Shown: piece after piece, positions 19,299 to 28,472 of the stretch | Numbering within the stretch: position 1 is the first letter of the stretch | Layout: each line of letters opens with the position of its first letter | Assembly: GCA_950072105.1 (NCBI GenBank) | Contig: CATMOE010000038.1 | Coordinates: 1 to 36,359, forward strand | Source of the DNA: an uncultured Dehalococcoidia bacterium | GTDB taxonomy: Bacteria; Chloroflexota; Dehalococcoidia; Lucifugimonadales; UBA3495 | Reading direction: 5' to 3' | Length of the DNA: 36,359 nucleotides | Made by a program: the position numbers and the translations under genes | The notes under the pieces: model-generated | What the model saw: the letters and a program-made list of their open reading frames with translations, nothing else | Databases searched by the model: none | What the model was told of the DNA's origin: nothing

Positions 19299-19482
19299 CT
19301 TGTAACTCCTCTCGTATGGCTAACGATTGATTGCTTTTCACTGAGGCATTTTATGCTTTTATCCGGCTTCAGTCCATATGTTAACGGTTCCACTGGTCAG
19401 ACCCGTCCAGTTCTTACGAAGGCCCCAAGCGAAGCGCGATAGGTAAGAGTTGCCAATGGGCATGAAACAGATTCCGGCGAAG

Positions 19483-19510
19483 AAAAAGCCCCGGCGATTA
19501 TTGCCGGGGC
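19483..19510 (-). terminator. Rho-independent terminator
   Basis: Minus strand GCCCCGGC-loop-GCCGGGGC-TTTTT, about 40 nt after the stop at 19550. Confidence 0.85.
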
Positions 19511-19549
19511 ATGTTAGTCGATACTTGCGGCTAAAAGCTGATACCGGGC

Positions 19550-20026
19550 TTAAGTGGCGATCAAGTTTTCTTCGATCGCTTTGGGCCGGAGGCCGCTATG
19601 CTTTACCAGATGAGCCTTTATAGCGTCTATAGCGGTTGCTACCAACGTGGGATCAATTAGATCAGCCGCTGGGCCGTACTCCGCTTCTTGAAGCAATGCC
19701 TTGGTGTTATCCTGGATCTGCTGGTAAGCCCACTCCACTTGCGTGGCGACTGTGTTGACACCCTCGGGGAAATCACGGTGGGAGTTTCCCGGCCTCTCCA
19801 GACGGTCATATCCGCCGCCGTGCCAGTGGCCGATCGCGTCGTGGCAATCCCATCGCAGGACTTCTTCGTTGCCCACGTCGATGCCTATGGTCGGCCCGCC
19901 GCATCCCTTCTCTCTGATCGTCAATATCCGTAAAGGCCACACGTAGGCGGCAATTTGTCCATCCTGAGAAAGGGGCAAATGCAGCGCCTCGCCTCGATAA
20001 GTTTCACCAGGTATCTTGGTCGCCAT
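19550..20026 (-). CDS. Hypothetical protein with an E-x-LR[FW]DC..H[YW]H motif
   Basis: GGAGGAG RBS and its own terminator; EEVLRWDCHDAIGHWH. Confidence 0.8.
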   Translation of the reverse strand: MATKIPGETYRGEALHLPLSQDGQIAAYVWPLRILTIREKGCGGPTIGIDVGNEEVLRWDCHDAIGHWHGGGYDRLERPGNSHRDFPEGVNTVATQVEWAYQQIQDNTKALLQEAEYGPAADLIDPTLVATAIDAIKAHLVKHSGLRPKAIEENLIAT

Positions 20027-20118
20027 ATATTCTCCTCCATTGTTATCAAGTGGTATCGGCCCCTGAGTTTCGTTCGCCGAAAGAATCCCTTACCCTGCCA
20101 CGATTCCATCGTGGCCTG

Positions 20119-20152
20119 CCCTCTGCCAAAGGGAGAGGGGATGGGGTGAGGG
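20119..20152. repeat. C-rich/G-rich REP-like unit
   Basis: CCCTCTGCCAAAGGGAGAGGGGATGGGGTGAGGG. Confidence 0.7.
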
Positions 20153-20171
20153 AAAATCTACCACCTGCGGT

Positions 20172-20615
20172 CTAGTAATAACGCAGTTCTACGACGTTAT
20201 CGTCGGGGTCGTAGACGTACAGGGAGATTCCGTCGCCGTGGGAACCCCAGCGCTTGCCGGGCCCGGCTTGGATCCCCACACCCATCGCCTCGAACTTGGC
20301 CTTCAACTCGTCCATGTCCGTCTGCTCAATGACCATGCAGAAGTGGTCCTGGTTCTTGACGCCATCTCTGTCGATGGGTTCTTGGTCGCTGCCGAACAGG
20401 TCGATGATCGTATCATCGTTTAGGCGCGCCGATGGGAATCGTACGTCGCCGGCCCGCCACTCATCTATCCGCTCGGGCTTCAGACCCAGTGTCCCGGTGT
20501 AGAACTGGAGAGACCTTTCCACGTCCTTAACTCTAAGAACGATGTGATCCATCTCGGTTATCTTAACCAGTGGCTGTACCTTGGTCGATGAAGCCCTCTC
20601 TGTTTCGGTCGACAT
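20172..20615 (-). CDS. VOC/glyoxalase family protein
   Basis: MDHIVLRVKDVERSLQFY..LGL, DHFC and LYVYDPDDNVVEL. Confidence 0.93.
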   Translation of the reverse strand: MSTETERASSTKVQPLVKITEMDHIVLRVKDVERSLQFYTGTLGLKPERIDEWRAGDVRFPSARLNDDTIIDLFGSDQEPIDRDGVKNQDHFCMVIEQTDMDELKAKFEAMGVGIQAGPGKRWGSHGDGISLYVYDPDDNVVELRYY

Positions 20616-20737
20616 TGTCGTCCTCCTACCATTAAGAGATTACGTGGTAATTATGCGCGCCGGAATACCAGACATCTTATTTGGGATAATTGTAGCGTCG
20701 GCCCCACATGGGGTCAACAATCTAAGGTCCGTGCGGA

Positions 20738-21409
20738 TCAGGAATCGGTGAATCCGAGTTCCTTGTGCGTCCCGTCGCAAAGGGGTTTCATTGCCGAGGC
20801 CCCGCACCGGCACAGGGTCACTCTATTGCGGGTCTCCAGGGGCTTTCCATCGCTCCGTTCCACCGGGATACCCCCGGTGATCCATAGAGGCCCATCGGGA
20901 ATCGCCACTACCTGTTTAGGAAGCTCCGGCTCAATAATCTCGCCTTCGGCTTCCAGAGAGTAGGCAAGCGCCCCCGAGGGACAGTTATCTATCATGTCTA
21001 TGATTTGTGCCTTAACCTGGGGATCTTGGCTTTCGCCTATCATCTTCCAGACGTTGGTGAGCCTGGTCCCGCAAAATCCCGAGTGTACGCAAATAGAGTG
21101 CTCATCTTGAATAATAATATCTGGTGAACTAAGGGTCTTGCTGCGGTCGGCAGCGGTCCCCGTGTCTGCCGCCTCCGTACCATCGAATTCCACCATGGTA
21201 TGGGCGCCGTCGCAGAAAGGCTTGGACTTGGACTGGCCGCACCGGCACAGGCGGTAGGTCTCACCAGCGTCGATAACTCCCTCATCTTTCCACTCCAGTG
21301 GCTCGCCGTGCGGGCTCATTACCTGGGACTTGCGCACCAGGGGTATCGCCCCCCGCACCAAGTATGGTCCGCTAGGTCTAACGGTGATCTTTTGATTCTC
21401 TTCTGTCAT
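20738..21409 (-). CDS. CDGSH iron-sulfur protein (CDGSH / divergent ferredoxin / CDGSH)
   Basis: LCRCGQSKSKPFCDGAH, CVHSGFC...CPSGAL and LCRCGASAMKPLCDGTH; ATG at 21409. Confidence 0.92.
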   Translation of the reverse strand: MTEENQKITVRPSGPYLVRGAIPLVRKSQVMSPHGEPLEWKDEGVIDAGETYRLCRCGQSKSKPFCDGAHTMVEFDGTEAADTGTAADRSKTLSSPDIIIQDEHSICVHSGFCGTRLTNVWKMIGESQDPQVKAQIIDMIDNCPSGALAYSLEAEGEIIEPELPKQVVAIPDGPLWITGGIPVERSDGKPLETRNRVTLCRCGASAMKPLCDGTHKELGFTDS

Positions 21410-21555
21410 TGCATCCTTCCCGGGTCCATTTTCCCGTGCCCCCACCAGGCGGGGACCAACCGGTTGGTCTACACCGGGTATTATCCCGCTGTTAGAGGGA
21501 GTTGTAAATCGGCCCTCCGCTGGCACCTCGAAAACATCGGGACTATATTGGCGGC

Positions 21556-21738
21556 ATGTCCGAGCGGTTGTTCGAATTCAACACACAGAGGGACCTTTTG
21601 GTGCAATGGGCGGACAGAAAATGCGACCTGGGGCTGCGCGATTATTGGGAAAGCAGGAACCAGGTAAGCATCGACGGTAAGCCCACCAGAGTACTCAGCG
21701 ACGAATCTGTGCCCATAGCGACGCCCGGGTATTCTTAA
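21556..21738 (+). pseudogene. C-terminal remnant of a pyridoxamine 5'-phosphate oxidase-like (FMN split-barrel) protein
   Basis: (GG)MSERLFEFNTQRDLLVQWADRK...LRDYWESRNQVSIDGKPT resembles the family tail CG..VPL.E....R..L..W...K.....Y....N..SIDGLP; no upstream domain is seen. Confidence 0.6.
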
Positions 21739-21753
21739 TGCCCGGGCGTCGCT
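21717..21753. terminator. Strong hairpin between convergent units (REP-like or terminator)
   Basis: 17-bp stem AGCGACGCCCGGGTATT / AATGCCCGGGCGTCGCT with one wobble pair. Confidence 0.7.
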
Positions 21754-21805
21754 CGGTTCCGATTAAGGAATGGTTATTGGCACTGAATTGAGTGCCTCCA
21801 GGCCC

Positions 21806-22621
21806 CTACGGCAGATCCCAACCCAACCAGTTGCACAAGGCCCGCCCCATAATCAGATCCTTGTCGCTCTCCGAGAGGAAGGATAGTTCCTCTGTAAAAA
21901 AGGTTATGCACTGGCGCCACGTGCATGGCATGCGGGTGATGTCGGTGCCCCAGAACATCCGCTCCGGGCCGAAAGCGTCGTATATCTGGTGTATGTAGTC
22001 GTGGATACTTCTAAAAGGATAAGCCTCGCTGGAATAGCTGGGAGCGCCGGTGGCTTTGATCGCCACGTTGGGATACTTGGCCAGAGCCAGCATATCCGGC
22101 AGATTAGCAAAGCACTCGGCGTCGGTCTTGCCACCGGCCCGGCCCAAGTGGTCTATGATCAGCTTCACTTCGGGATTCTTCTCGGCGACTTGACCCACGG
22201 ACGGGATAATGGCGGAAGCGGCCAGCGCCACTGGCAGCCCGGCCCGGCTGGCGGCAGGCCACAGCCAGTCCATGGTCCCATCGGTCAGCCAGGTCTGCAT
22301 GTGGGGCTGCTGGAAGGTGAACCGCAAGCCCAACATGCCGGGTTGTTGCTTCCAACCGTCAACCAGCCCGTGACTGGACTCCTGGTCCAAGGGAAAATTC
22401 CCCAAGATTGCCAACCGGTTGGGGTGTTGGCGGGCCGCCTCGACGGCCAGCGGGCCCGACGTTGGGTCCCACCCCGGAGGATGAATCACCGCCGCGTCGA
22501 CTCCGGCCTCATCCATTTCCTTAAGCAAGTCGTCGGCCGAGAACGCGGTGATCTGCCGGTGGGAAGGGTTTGTGGGTAGGTTTTGAGACCAGATGTGGAC
22601 CTGCGCGTCTACGACTACCAT
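21806..22621 (-). CDS. Amidohydrolase family protein (amidohydro_2, lactonase-like)
   Basis: VDAQVHIW, AGVD.AV, IIDHLG, PNVAIK and FGPERMFWGTD. Confidence 0.92.
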   Translation of the reverse strand: MVVVDAQVHIWSQNLPTNPSHRQITAFSADDLLKEMDEAGVDAAVIHPPGWDPTSGPLAVEAARQHPNRLAILGNFPLDQESSHGLVDGWKQQPGMLGLRFTFQQPHMQTWLTDGTMDWLWPAASRAGLPVALAASAIIPSVGQVAEKNPEVKLIIDHLGRAGGKTDAECFANLPDMLALAKYPNVAIKATGAPSYSSEAYPFRSIHDYIHQIYDAFGPERMFWGTDITRMPCTWRQCITFFTEELSFLSESDKDLIMGRALCNWLGWDLP

Positions 22622-23101
22622 GTTGTTCTCCTTACGTCATGTTGAGATTGACCGGGTAGTTAATGTGATTTTCAGGTGAAACCAGCCACATCATGTGACC
22701 GCCACATCGTCATGAGGCGGCATAGATTCTGACTCTAGATCATGGCAACGATAGCGATCGGTGAAGGACCAGCCTACCACTGTACTGCGGACAATTCTAG
22801 GCGAGCCAAATTTGAATCCGAGCTACCTTTGGGGGTATAGCGGCGCTCGCGCAACATACCAACAAAAGCGCCCTCGACTCTCAGCAGGGACGCTCGTGAG
22901 TTCGCCAACCCTAAGCGATCGGCTTTACTTATTTGTTCTTCCCGCCGCCCATACCTTGGTCGTAGGGGACAGCCGCCAGAACGTCTCCCGTCTCCGGTGC
23001 CCGATCGCTCCGCCCGCAGATCAAGAGTCAAGTCACTGATAATGTCCCAATCTGGCGATCGGTGCGAATTGCGCGGAAACCCCACAGTCCTTCGTTTATT
23101 G

Positions 23102-25449
23102 CTACCCCATCGGCAATGTGAACCAAAATGTGCTGCCCTTTTGAGCCTCTGATTCTACCCAAATGCGTCCCCCATGCCGATCAATTACCTTTTTGCAGAT
23201 TGCGAGACCGATACCGGTTCCGGAATACTCGGCCTTGCCGTGAAGACGTTGAAAGATCACAAAGATACGCTCGGCAAACTCGGCCTCGATCCCGAAGCCG
23301 TTGTCGCTAAAAGAAAAGAGCCATTTATCTCCGCTCTCCACTGCGGAAACATGAATGCACGGTGAATCAGCTCCGTGGTATTTGATGCCGTTGCCGATAA
23401 TATTCTGAAAGACCTAAACAAGCTGTGAAGCGGCAGCCTGGACAGTCGGTAAGCAGTCTCGTGTCACGACCGCTCCGCTTTCTTCGATGCTTCCCGCCAG
23501 ATTGCTTATGGCCGTATCGAATATATCTTGGCAATTTGCCGAATCATACTCTATGACTTGGGTGGTAATCCGTGAAAATGCCAATAAGTCATTGATTTGA
23601 TCTTGCATTCGCTTTGCCCCATCAACTGCAAAGGCAATGAAATCATTGGCATCAGAATCGAGCTTGTCCTTGTAACGCCGCGCCAATAATTGGGTGTAAC
23701 TTGCTACCATGCGCAGCGGCTCCTGTAGGTCGTGCGACGCGATATGGGCAAATTGGTCTAGTTCCTGATTGGACCGTTCCAGCTCCACGATTAGGGCCTC
23801 CCGTTGTGCCTCCACCAACCTGTTTTGACGGTAGAGTCGAGCGTTAGAGAGGGCGCCTGAGATCTGGTTAGCGATTCGCAGGGCGAGACTCAAATCCCGT
23901 TCGTCATAGTTCTTTTCATTTATAGAGTTAATGTGAAGTGCACCAATGATCTCGTTCCTCGAGACCAGTGGTACGCCAATAAACGACCTTGCGCCTGCCT
24001 TATAGACAGGTACGAGACCCAGAATTTGGTGAGACAGCTCGTCGATGTTATCGGACTGAATGAGCATCGCCGAGTTGGAATTGACAATAGCTTCCGTAAA
24101 CGACCCTGAGAGTGGCGCTGCTTCGTCGGGCCGACGTCCCGGTGCGTCGAGACCTTTTACGGCCCGTACGAAAGTCCCAGTGACGAGATCAACGGTATTA
24201 ATTGCAATTCTGTCGTGGGTGATAAGCTTTTGTATCTCTTGAGCGAGGGGGTCGTATATTTCGGCGATGTCTGAAGATTCGGTAACAACCCTGCCGATTT
24301 CGGCCAAAACCGAGTTTTCTTCGGCCGACCGGCGCTCCCGAATTACAGCCTCCTCCCGTGCTTCAGCCATCTGATTAAAAGAATTTGCAAGGTCGCCTAT
24401 TTCATCTCGAGGTTTGATGTCCGTCCTAACGCTGAGATTCCCCTCACCAAGCTCGATTGACGCGTTTCTCAACCTCACGATTGGATTGAGGATATTCCGG
24501 CCCACAATCATCATCGTGGCAACTCCAATTAAGAGGCCCAATAAAGCAAAAATTCCGGTCACTAGTACGGCGGCATTTGATGACGATTTGGCGCCCTCCA
24601 GCGCTTTAACTGATTCGGCACGTATACGCGGGTGGATGTCCTCAGCCACGACTCTGTTGATCGCCTCGACGTTAGCTTCTAATTGCCCGAACAGAGAACG
24701 TTTCTCGTCTGCTAGGTCCATAGCCGATTCGCCCAAGGCTACTACGTCTTGGAAGTCCCTATCGATAATCTTCATCCACTGGTTCTCCACGGTGGAGAAT
24801 GAGGAAGCTCGGTATACGTTCTCGAACTTTTCAAAGTCCTGTGCACTGTCTATCACGACTTGCCTAAGTTCGGGGCTCGGACGATCGATGTAACTTTGAA
24901 TCGCGGCGAAAGCCTCATCGATGTTTATGTCCATTTCCAACACAGCTTCTAATTTTGATAGAGACTTAGGATCATTTCGGTTTACCAGTGGCTGGAGTCG
25001 TTGGTCAATAACCTCATCGATTTCCGCGACGTCGTTTCGCAGTTGCAAGATTATTGGTTCTACCCGGTCGATGATGTCAATGATTCGGACCCCGAGCTCC
25101 TGCAAACCGTCATGAAGATTGTCGACCTTAATAGCGGATGTCCTTTGTTCAGCGGTCTCGGCCAGTCGATGGAATTCTTTCATGGATCTCTTGAAGTCGG
25201 CATCGGAATCCTCGAAACGATCGACGTGTACGGCTTGTTTATCAATCGAGTACAGGATTATAGCTCTGGCGCCTTCACCAGCGTTATTCTCTAGTTCTAG
25301 AGGAGCTTCTACTAACGGTCCCTCGACCAGTCCAAGTTTTTGTACATTCTTGTCAATCTGATATATCAACACCAAAGACAAGAACGCGCTTGAAACCAGG
25401 AGAAGCATCAAGCCTCCCAGAGCCGGCCCAGTTTCTGTTTGATACTCAT
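23102..25449 (-). pseudogene. Membrane sensor histidine kinase (TM, helical sensor, TM, HAMP, GAF, HisKA, HATPase), disrupted twice
   Basis: H-box ASHDLQEPLRMV. An in-frame TAG at 23414-23416 is followed in frame by VFQNIIGNGIKY..DNG.GI..GTGIGLAICK. A probable 1-nt deletion at ~25424 separates MSIKQKLG from ALGGLMLLL. Confidence 0.85.
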
Positions 25450-25975
25450 CGCCGTCCCCTGTCGATGCCGTCCAAAGGTGGTTCCGGAGCTGCGTCAAGT
25501 ACCTGTGCCAAACATATGATGACTCTGCCTTCCGAAGGTCGGGTTGCCGGATTCGGCTGGGCTGCATGGTAGTCTGGCAGATCACGAATGGACGTGGACG
25601 TTCAGCGACCATCCCCTGTTTATAATAGAAACCCCGAGAAGTCTGTACCAGAATGTATTCACCCCAAAATACATATGGATTCTCCCACGGCACAGTCGGG
25701 CTTAATTGATATTTTCCGCGAATCGTGATCGTGAAAGCGGCAGGTCGAGGAGTTCAAAGTCTTAGCAGATTCAAATGGATACCGGAGGGTTGCCCCAAAG
25801 ACGAGCTGAGGGTATTCGCTGTGGCCTAACGGAGGTCAGCCAGCCATCTCGAAACCTGATTGTTCCGGACACGACTCTTGCTCGTTCCCGGCGATGCTCG
25901 GAGGTTACCCCGGATGTCGCCGCCGAGCGGACCCCAGAGCAGCGGTGCACCGCCACCGCCGGGTAGACACGCCCA

Positions 25976-26101
25976 CTACGATGCAGCAGGTTGCTCCGGA
26001 AGGGGAATCCTGTGTGCCGATTCCCAATCAAGTTCGTCCATTGCCTCTTCAACCCGTTCTAAGAGACGCTCGATTCGCCGTTGTTTCCGGTCGCTGGCCA
26101 T
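25976..26101 (-). pseudogene. Short N-terminal gene remnant (MASDRKQRRIERLLERVEEAMDELDW...)
   Basis: 41-aa ORF whose first ~28 aa form an amphipathic helix. It resembles, from memory, an N-terminal module of Dehalococcoidia signalling proteins; the rest looks non-coding. Confidence 0.4.
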
Positions 26102-26342
26102 AATCGGGAAAAGCCAATAGGGGTAGCGCGGATCCGTTCAGAGCCAGGGCGCTCCAGTTGAGATCTCCAGAGGCCTCATTTCAGTGACCTAGCGAGTCAA
26201 TCGACTATCGAGGGAGCAGAGGCTGTAAGGGGGAGAAGGCGCCGGTGTTTAAGATGCGATGACCGCATAGGTGTAGCTTTGGGACGGCAGCACTGGCCGA
26301 TGGAATCAGGCTGGCTTAGGTTCGAAAACGGTGAAATAAATC

Positions 26343-26364
26343 ACCACTGAACAAACATCGGGAT
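26343..26364 (+). repeat. 22-bp direct repeat, copy 1
   Basis: ACCACTGAACAAACATCGGGAT, identical to 28040-28061. Confidence 0.9.
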
Positions 26365-26727
26365 ATATGAATTTTAAAAGTTATATTTGGGTTCACGCGA
26401 CTTCGCTGTAACTTAGCTACGGAATCCACATCTTACTATACACCTCGGAGGTCACTCAGCCTTGGCAATCTTAGGTTTGCTGGACGCGAAGAGGGAATAC
26501 AGGGACGAGAGGGCGAAGAGTTGGACGATACCTGAAATACGGATTGGTGGTTTTGGTGGCATTTGAACCGAGCGAGATGGCCGTTCACGAATAATGTAAA
26601 GAGGCTTCTCCGCCGCCGAACAGTGTCAACTTGAATCAGCAGTTATACTGACACGGGGGATTATTGTCATCTTTTTGTATGGGCCGGGCCTGCCCCGTGC
26701 TCAGGACACAGGCGGAGGACGAAACAA

Positions 26728-27873
26728 ATGCATTGCGGAGTAATGGTTACTGGATATAACCAAGGTGACTGGGACCGGCTGATGAAGGGAGATTATGATC
26801 GGCCGCCAGAGGTTTCGGATGCCGAGAATATGGACAACACCCTTTATATGGGGGAACTGGTCGAGCCCCTGGGCTTCGATTCGATCTGGGCGACTGAGCA
26901 CTACGGTTCTGCCTACTCGATGCAGCCGAACCCATTGCAATACCTGGCGTATTGGGCGGGGCGCACCAGCCGAGTGGATGTGGGTACTGCGGTGATTGTT
27001 GCACCATGGTGGAACCCGGTAAGGTTAGCCAGTGAGATATCCATGCTCGATATCTTGTTGAAGGGCCGGCGCCTCCACCTTGGCATCGGGCGTGGCATTT
27101 CGCCACACGAATACGCTTCTCTCGGCTACCCGATGGATGAGTCCCACAAGTACTTCTATGATGTGGTTGATGCCATAAGGGTCTCCGACGGCGCTGAGCG
27201 CTTCGAGTTTAAAGGCGAGGTCTACGATATCCCACCTACCTCGATCAGGCCCCAAGCCCGCCACAAGGGCGAACTCACCAAGAATATCAAGGTGGCGTTC
27301 ACCACGGAGGCGTCGGCAAAACTAGCCGCCGAGCACGGGCTTGGCCAGATGTTTGTAGCCGGTGACGACGTTGACGAGATGATTGCCAAAGTGCAAAGGT
27401 TCAACAAGATTCGGAAGGATCTCGGCCTACCGCCGGACCAGCCCACCACCCTGTTGTGGATGTACTGCGCTGAAACTTCCGAGGAAGCCGAGGAAGGATG
27501 GGTCTATTTCCAAAACCAGGGCATCGCGGCCCAGCACCACTACTTCGATTGGAATAATCCAGGCTACGAAGGCATACGTGGCTACGAAGAATACCTCTTG
27601 CGCCAGAACGCCGACATAAGCCCTGCGGAGGCCCGCCTCGCCGCCCGCCGGGCGACCCAGCCCATCGGCACCCCGGACGAAATCATCGAGAAGATCAAGA
27701 CTATGCAGCAAACCATCAGCATGGAGAAGGTCGTGATCCACATGATGTACGGCGGGATGCCGAGGGAGAAGGCCGAAAAAAGCCTTCGACTTTTTGCAGA
27801 AAAAGTCCTCCCGGAGGTGCAATCCATGCCCACTCCCATCAACCCAAGATCCTTGGGTGAAGCCGTCGTCTAA
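26728..27873 (+). CDS. LLM-class (luciferase-like) flavin-dependent oxidoreductase
   Basis: GFDSIWATEHY, P...P.RLA.E..MLD, GR..LGIGRG, IGTPDE and LRLFAEKVLP; GGAGG RBS. Confidence 0.93.
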   Translation: MHCGVMVTGYNQGDWDRLMKGDYDRPPEVSDAENMDNTLYMGELVEPLGFDSIWATEHYGSAYSMQPNPLQYLAYWAGRTSRVDVGTAVIVAPWWNPVRLASEISMLDILLKGRRLHLGIGRGISPHEYASLGYPMDESHKYFYDVVDAIRVSDGAERFEFKGEVYDIPPTSIRPQARHKGELTKNIKVAFTTEASAKLAAEHGLGQMFVAGDDVDEMIAKVQRFNKIRKDLGLPPDQPTTLLWMYCAETSEEAEEGWVYFQNQGIAAQHHYFDWNNPGYEGIRGYEEYLLRQNADISPAEARLAARRATQPIGTPDEIIEKIKTMQQTISMEKVVIHMMYGGMPREKAEKSLRLFAEKVLPEVQSMPTPINPRSLGEAVV

Positions 27874-28039
27874 GCAGTACAGGTTGTTGCCGAGCGGCTA
27901 AATACCGGGTTGGACATCCTAGACGATGAAAGGCGTCGGGGATCTCTATCGATGCCGAAGATTAAAGCGGCGGCCACTAAAGAATAGGCAGTGGTCAAGG
28001 GCGCGGTGGAGTTTCCTGAAGCTGAAGTTAACTGCGGTT

Positions 28040-28070
28040 ACCACTGAACAAACATCGGGATGTGTGTTCA
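28040..28070 (+). repeat. 22-bp direct repeat, copy 2, extending into a 26-bp palindrome
   Basis: ACCACTGAACAAACATCGGGAT; TGAACAAACATC-GG-GATGTGTGTTCA pairs at 11 of 12 positions. Confidence 0.9.
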
Positions 28071-28290
28071 ATCGCGACCAAAAAGTTCCAGCGGTCCCGT
28101 TTAAGGTATTAGTACAATCCTAATGAATGCTGAACCCTAATCAATCCCATACTTCCGCTTGAACTCCGATATCCAAGAGTGATTACGGGATGCTTGGGGG
28201 ATGAATAAACCTCTTTTGTTGATCCGGTTGGACGCGCCCACCCCCTACTTGAGTGTAGGTAGTCTCACAGGCGATAACTACATCCTCAAA

Positions 28291-28388
28291 AAGTGTGCAC
28301 ACGGGTGCACAAGTGTCCAACGCATTGGACACTTGCACTAATAGTGTCGCCGGCCGGCGACATAGAGTGGGAACCATGGTTCCCACTT
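28291..28388. repeat. Array of four variant 24-bp palindromes
   Basis: AAGTGTGCACACGGGTGCACAAGT, AAGTGTCCAACGCATTGGACACTT, TAGTGTCGCCGGCCGGCGACATAG and GAGTGGGAACCATGGTTCCCACTT. Confidence 0.85.
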
Positions 28389-28472
28389 TGTCTAATGATG
28401 CCATGTATAGTTTGGAGATACGGGAATGTGACGGTTAACCTAAAGCATCAAGAAAGGCCTTTCGGATAATCT

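Noticed and set aside
22761..23085. Short ORFs on both strands
   Set aside because: No family motifs or RBS; at most a gene tail plus a terminator-like hairpin near 22865-22895.
23414..23416. Pyrrolysine or amber recoding of the kinase TAG
   Set aside because: TAG is a normal stop in many genes here, the site is a simple CAG-to-TAG change, and a second lesion exists.
27886..27905. GTTGCCGAGCGGCTAAA resembling a tRNA D-arm
   Set aside because: No anticodon arm, T-arm or acceptor stem follows.
28291..28388. CRISPR array
   Set aside because: No identical repeats with unique spacers and no cas genes.
28183..28404. 73-aa ORF across the palindrome array
   Set aside because: No recognisable domain or clear RBS; probably incidental, though not excluded.
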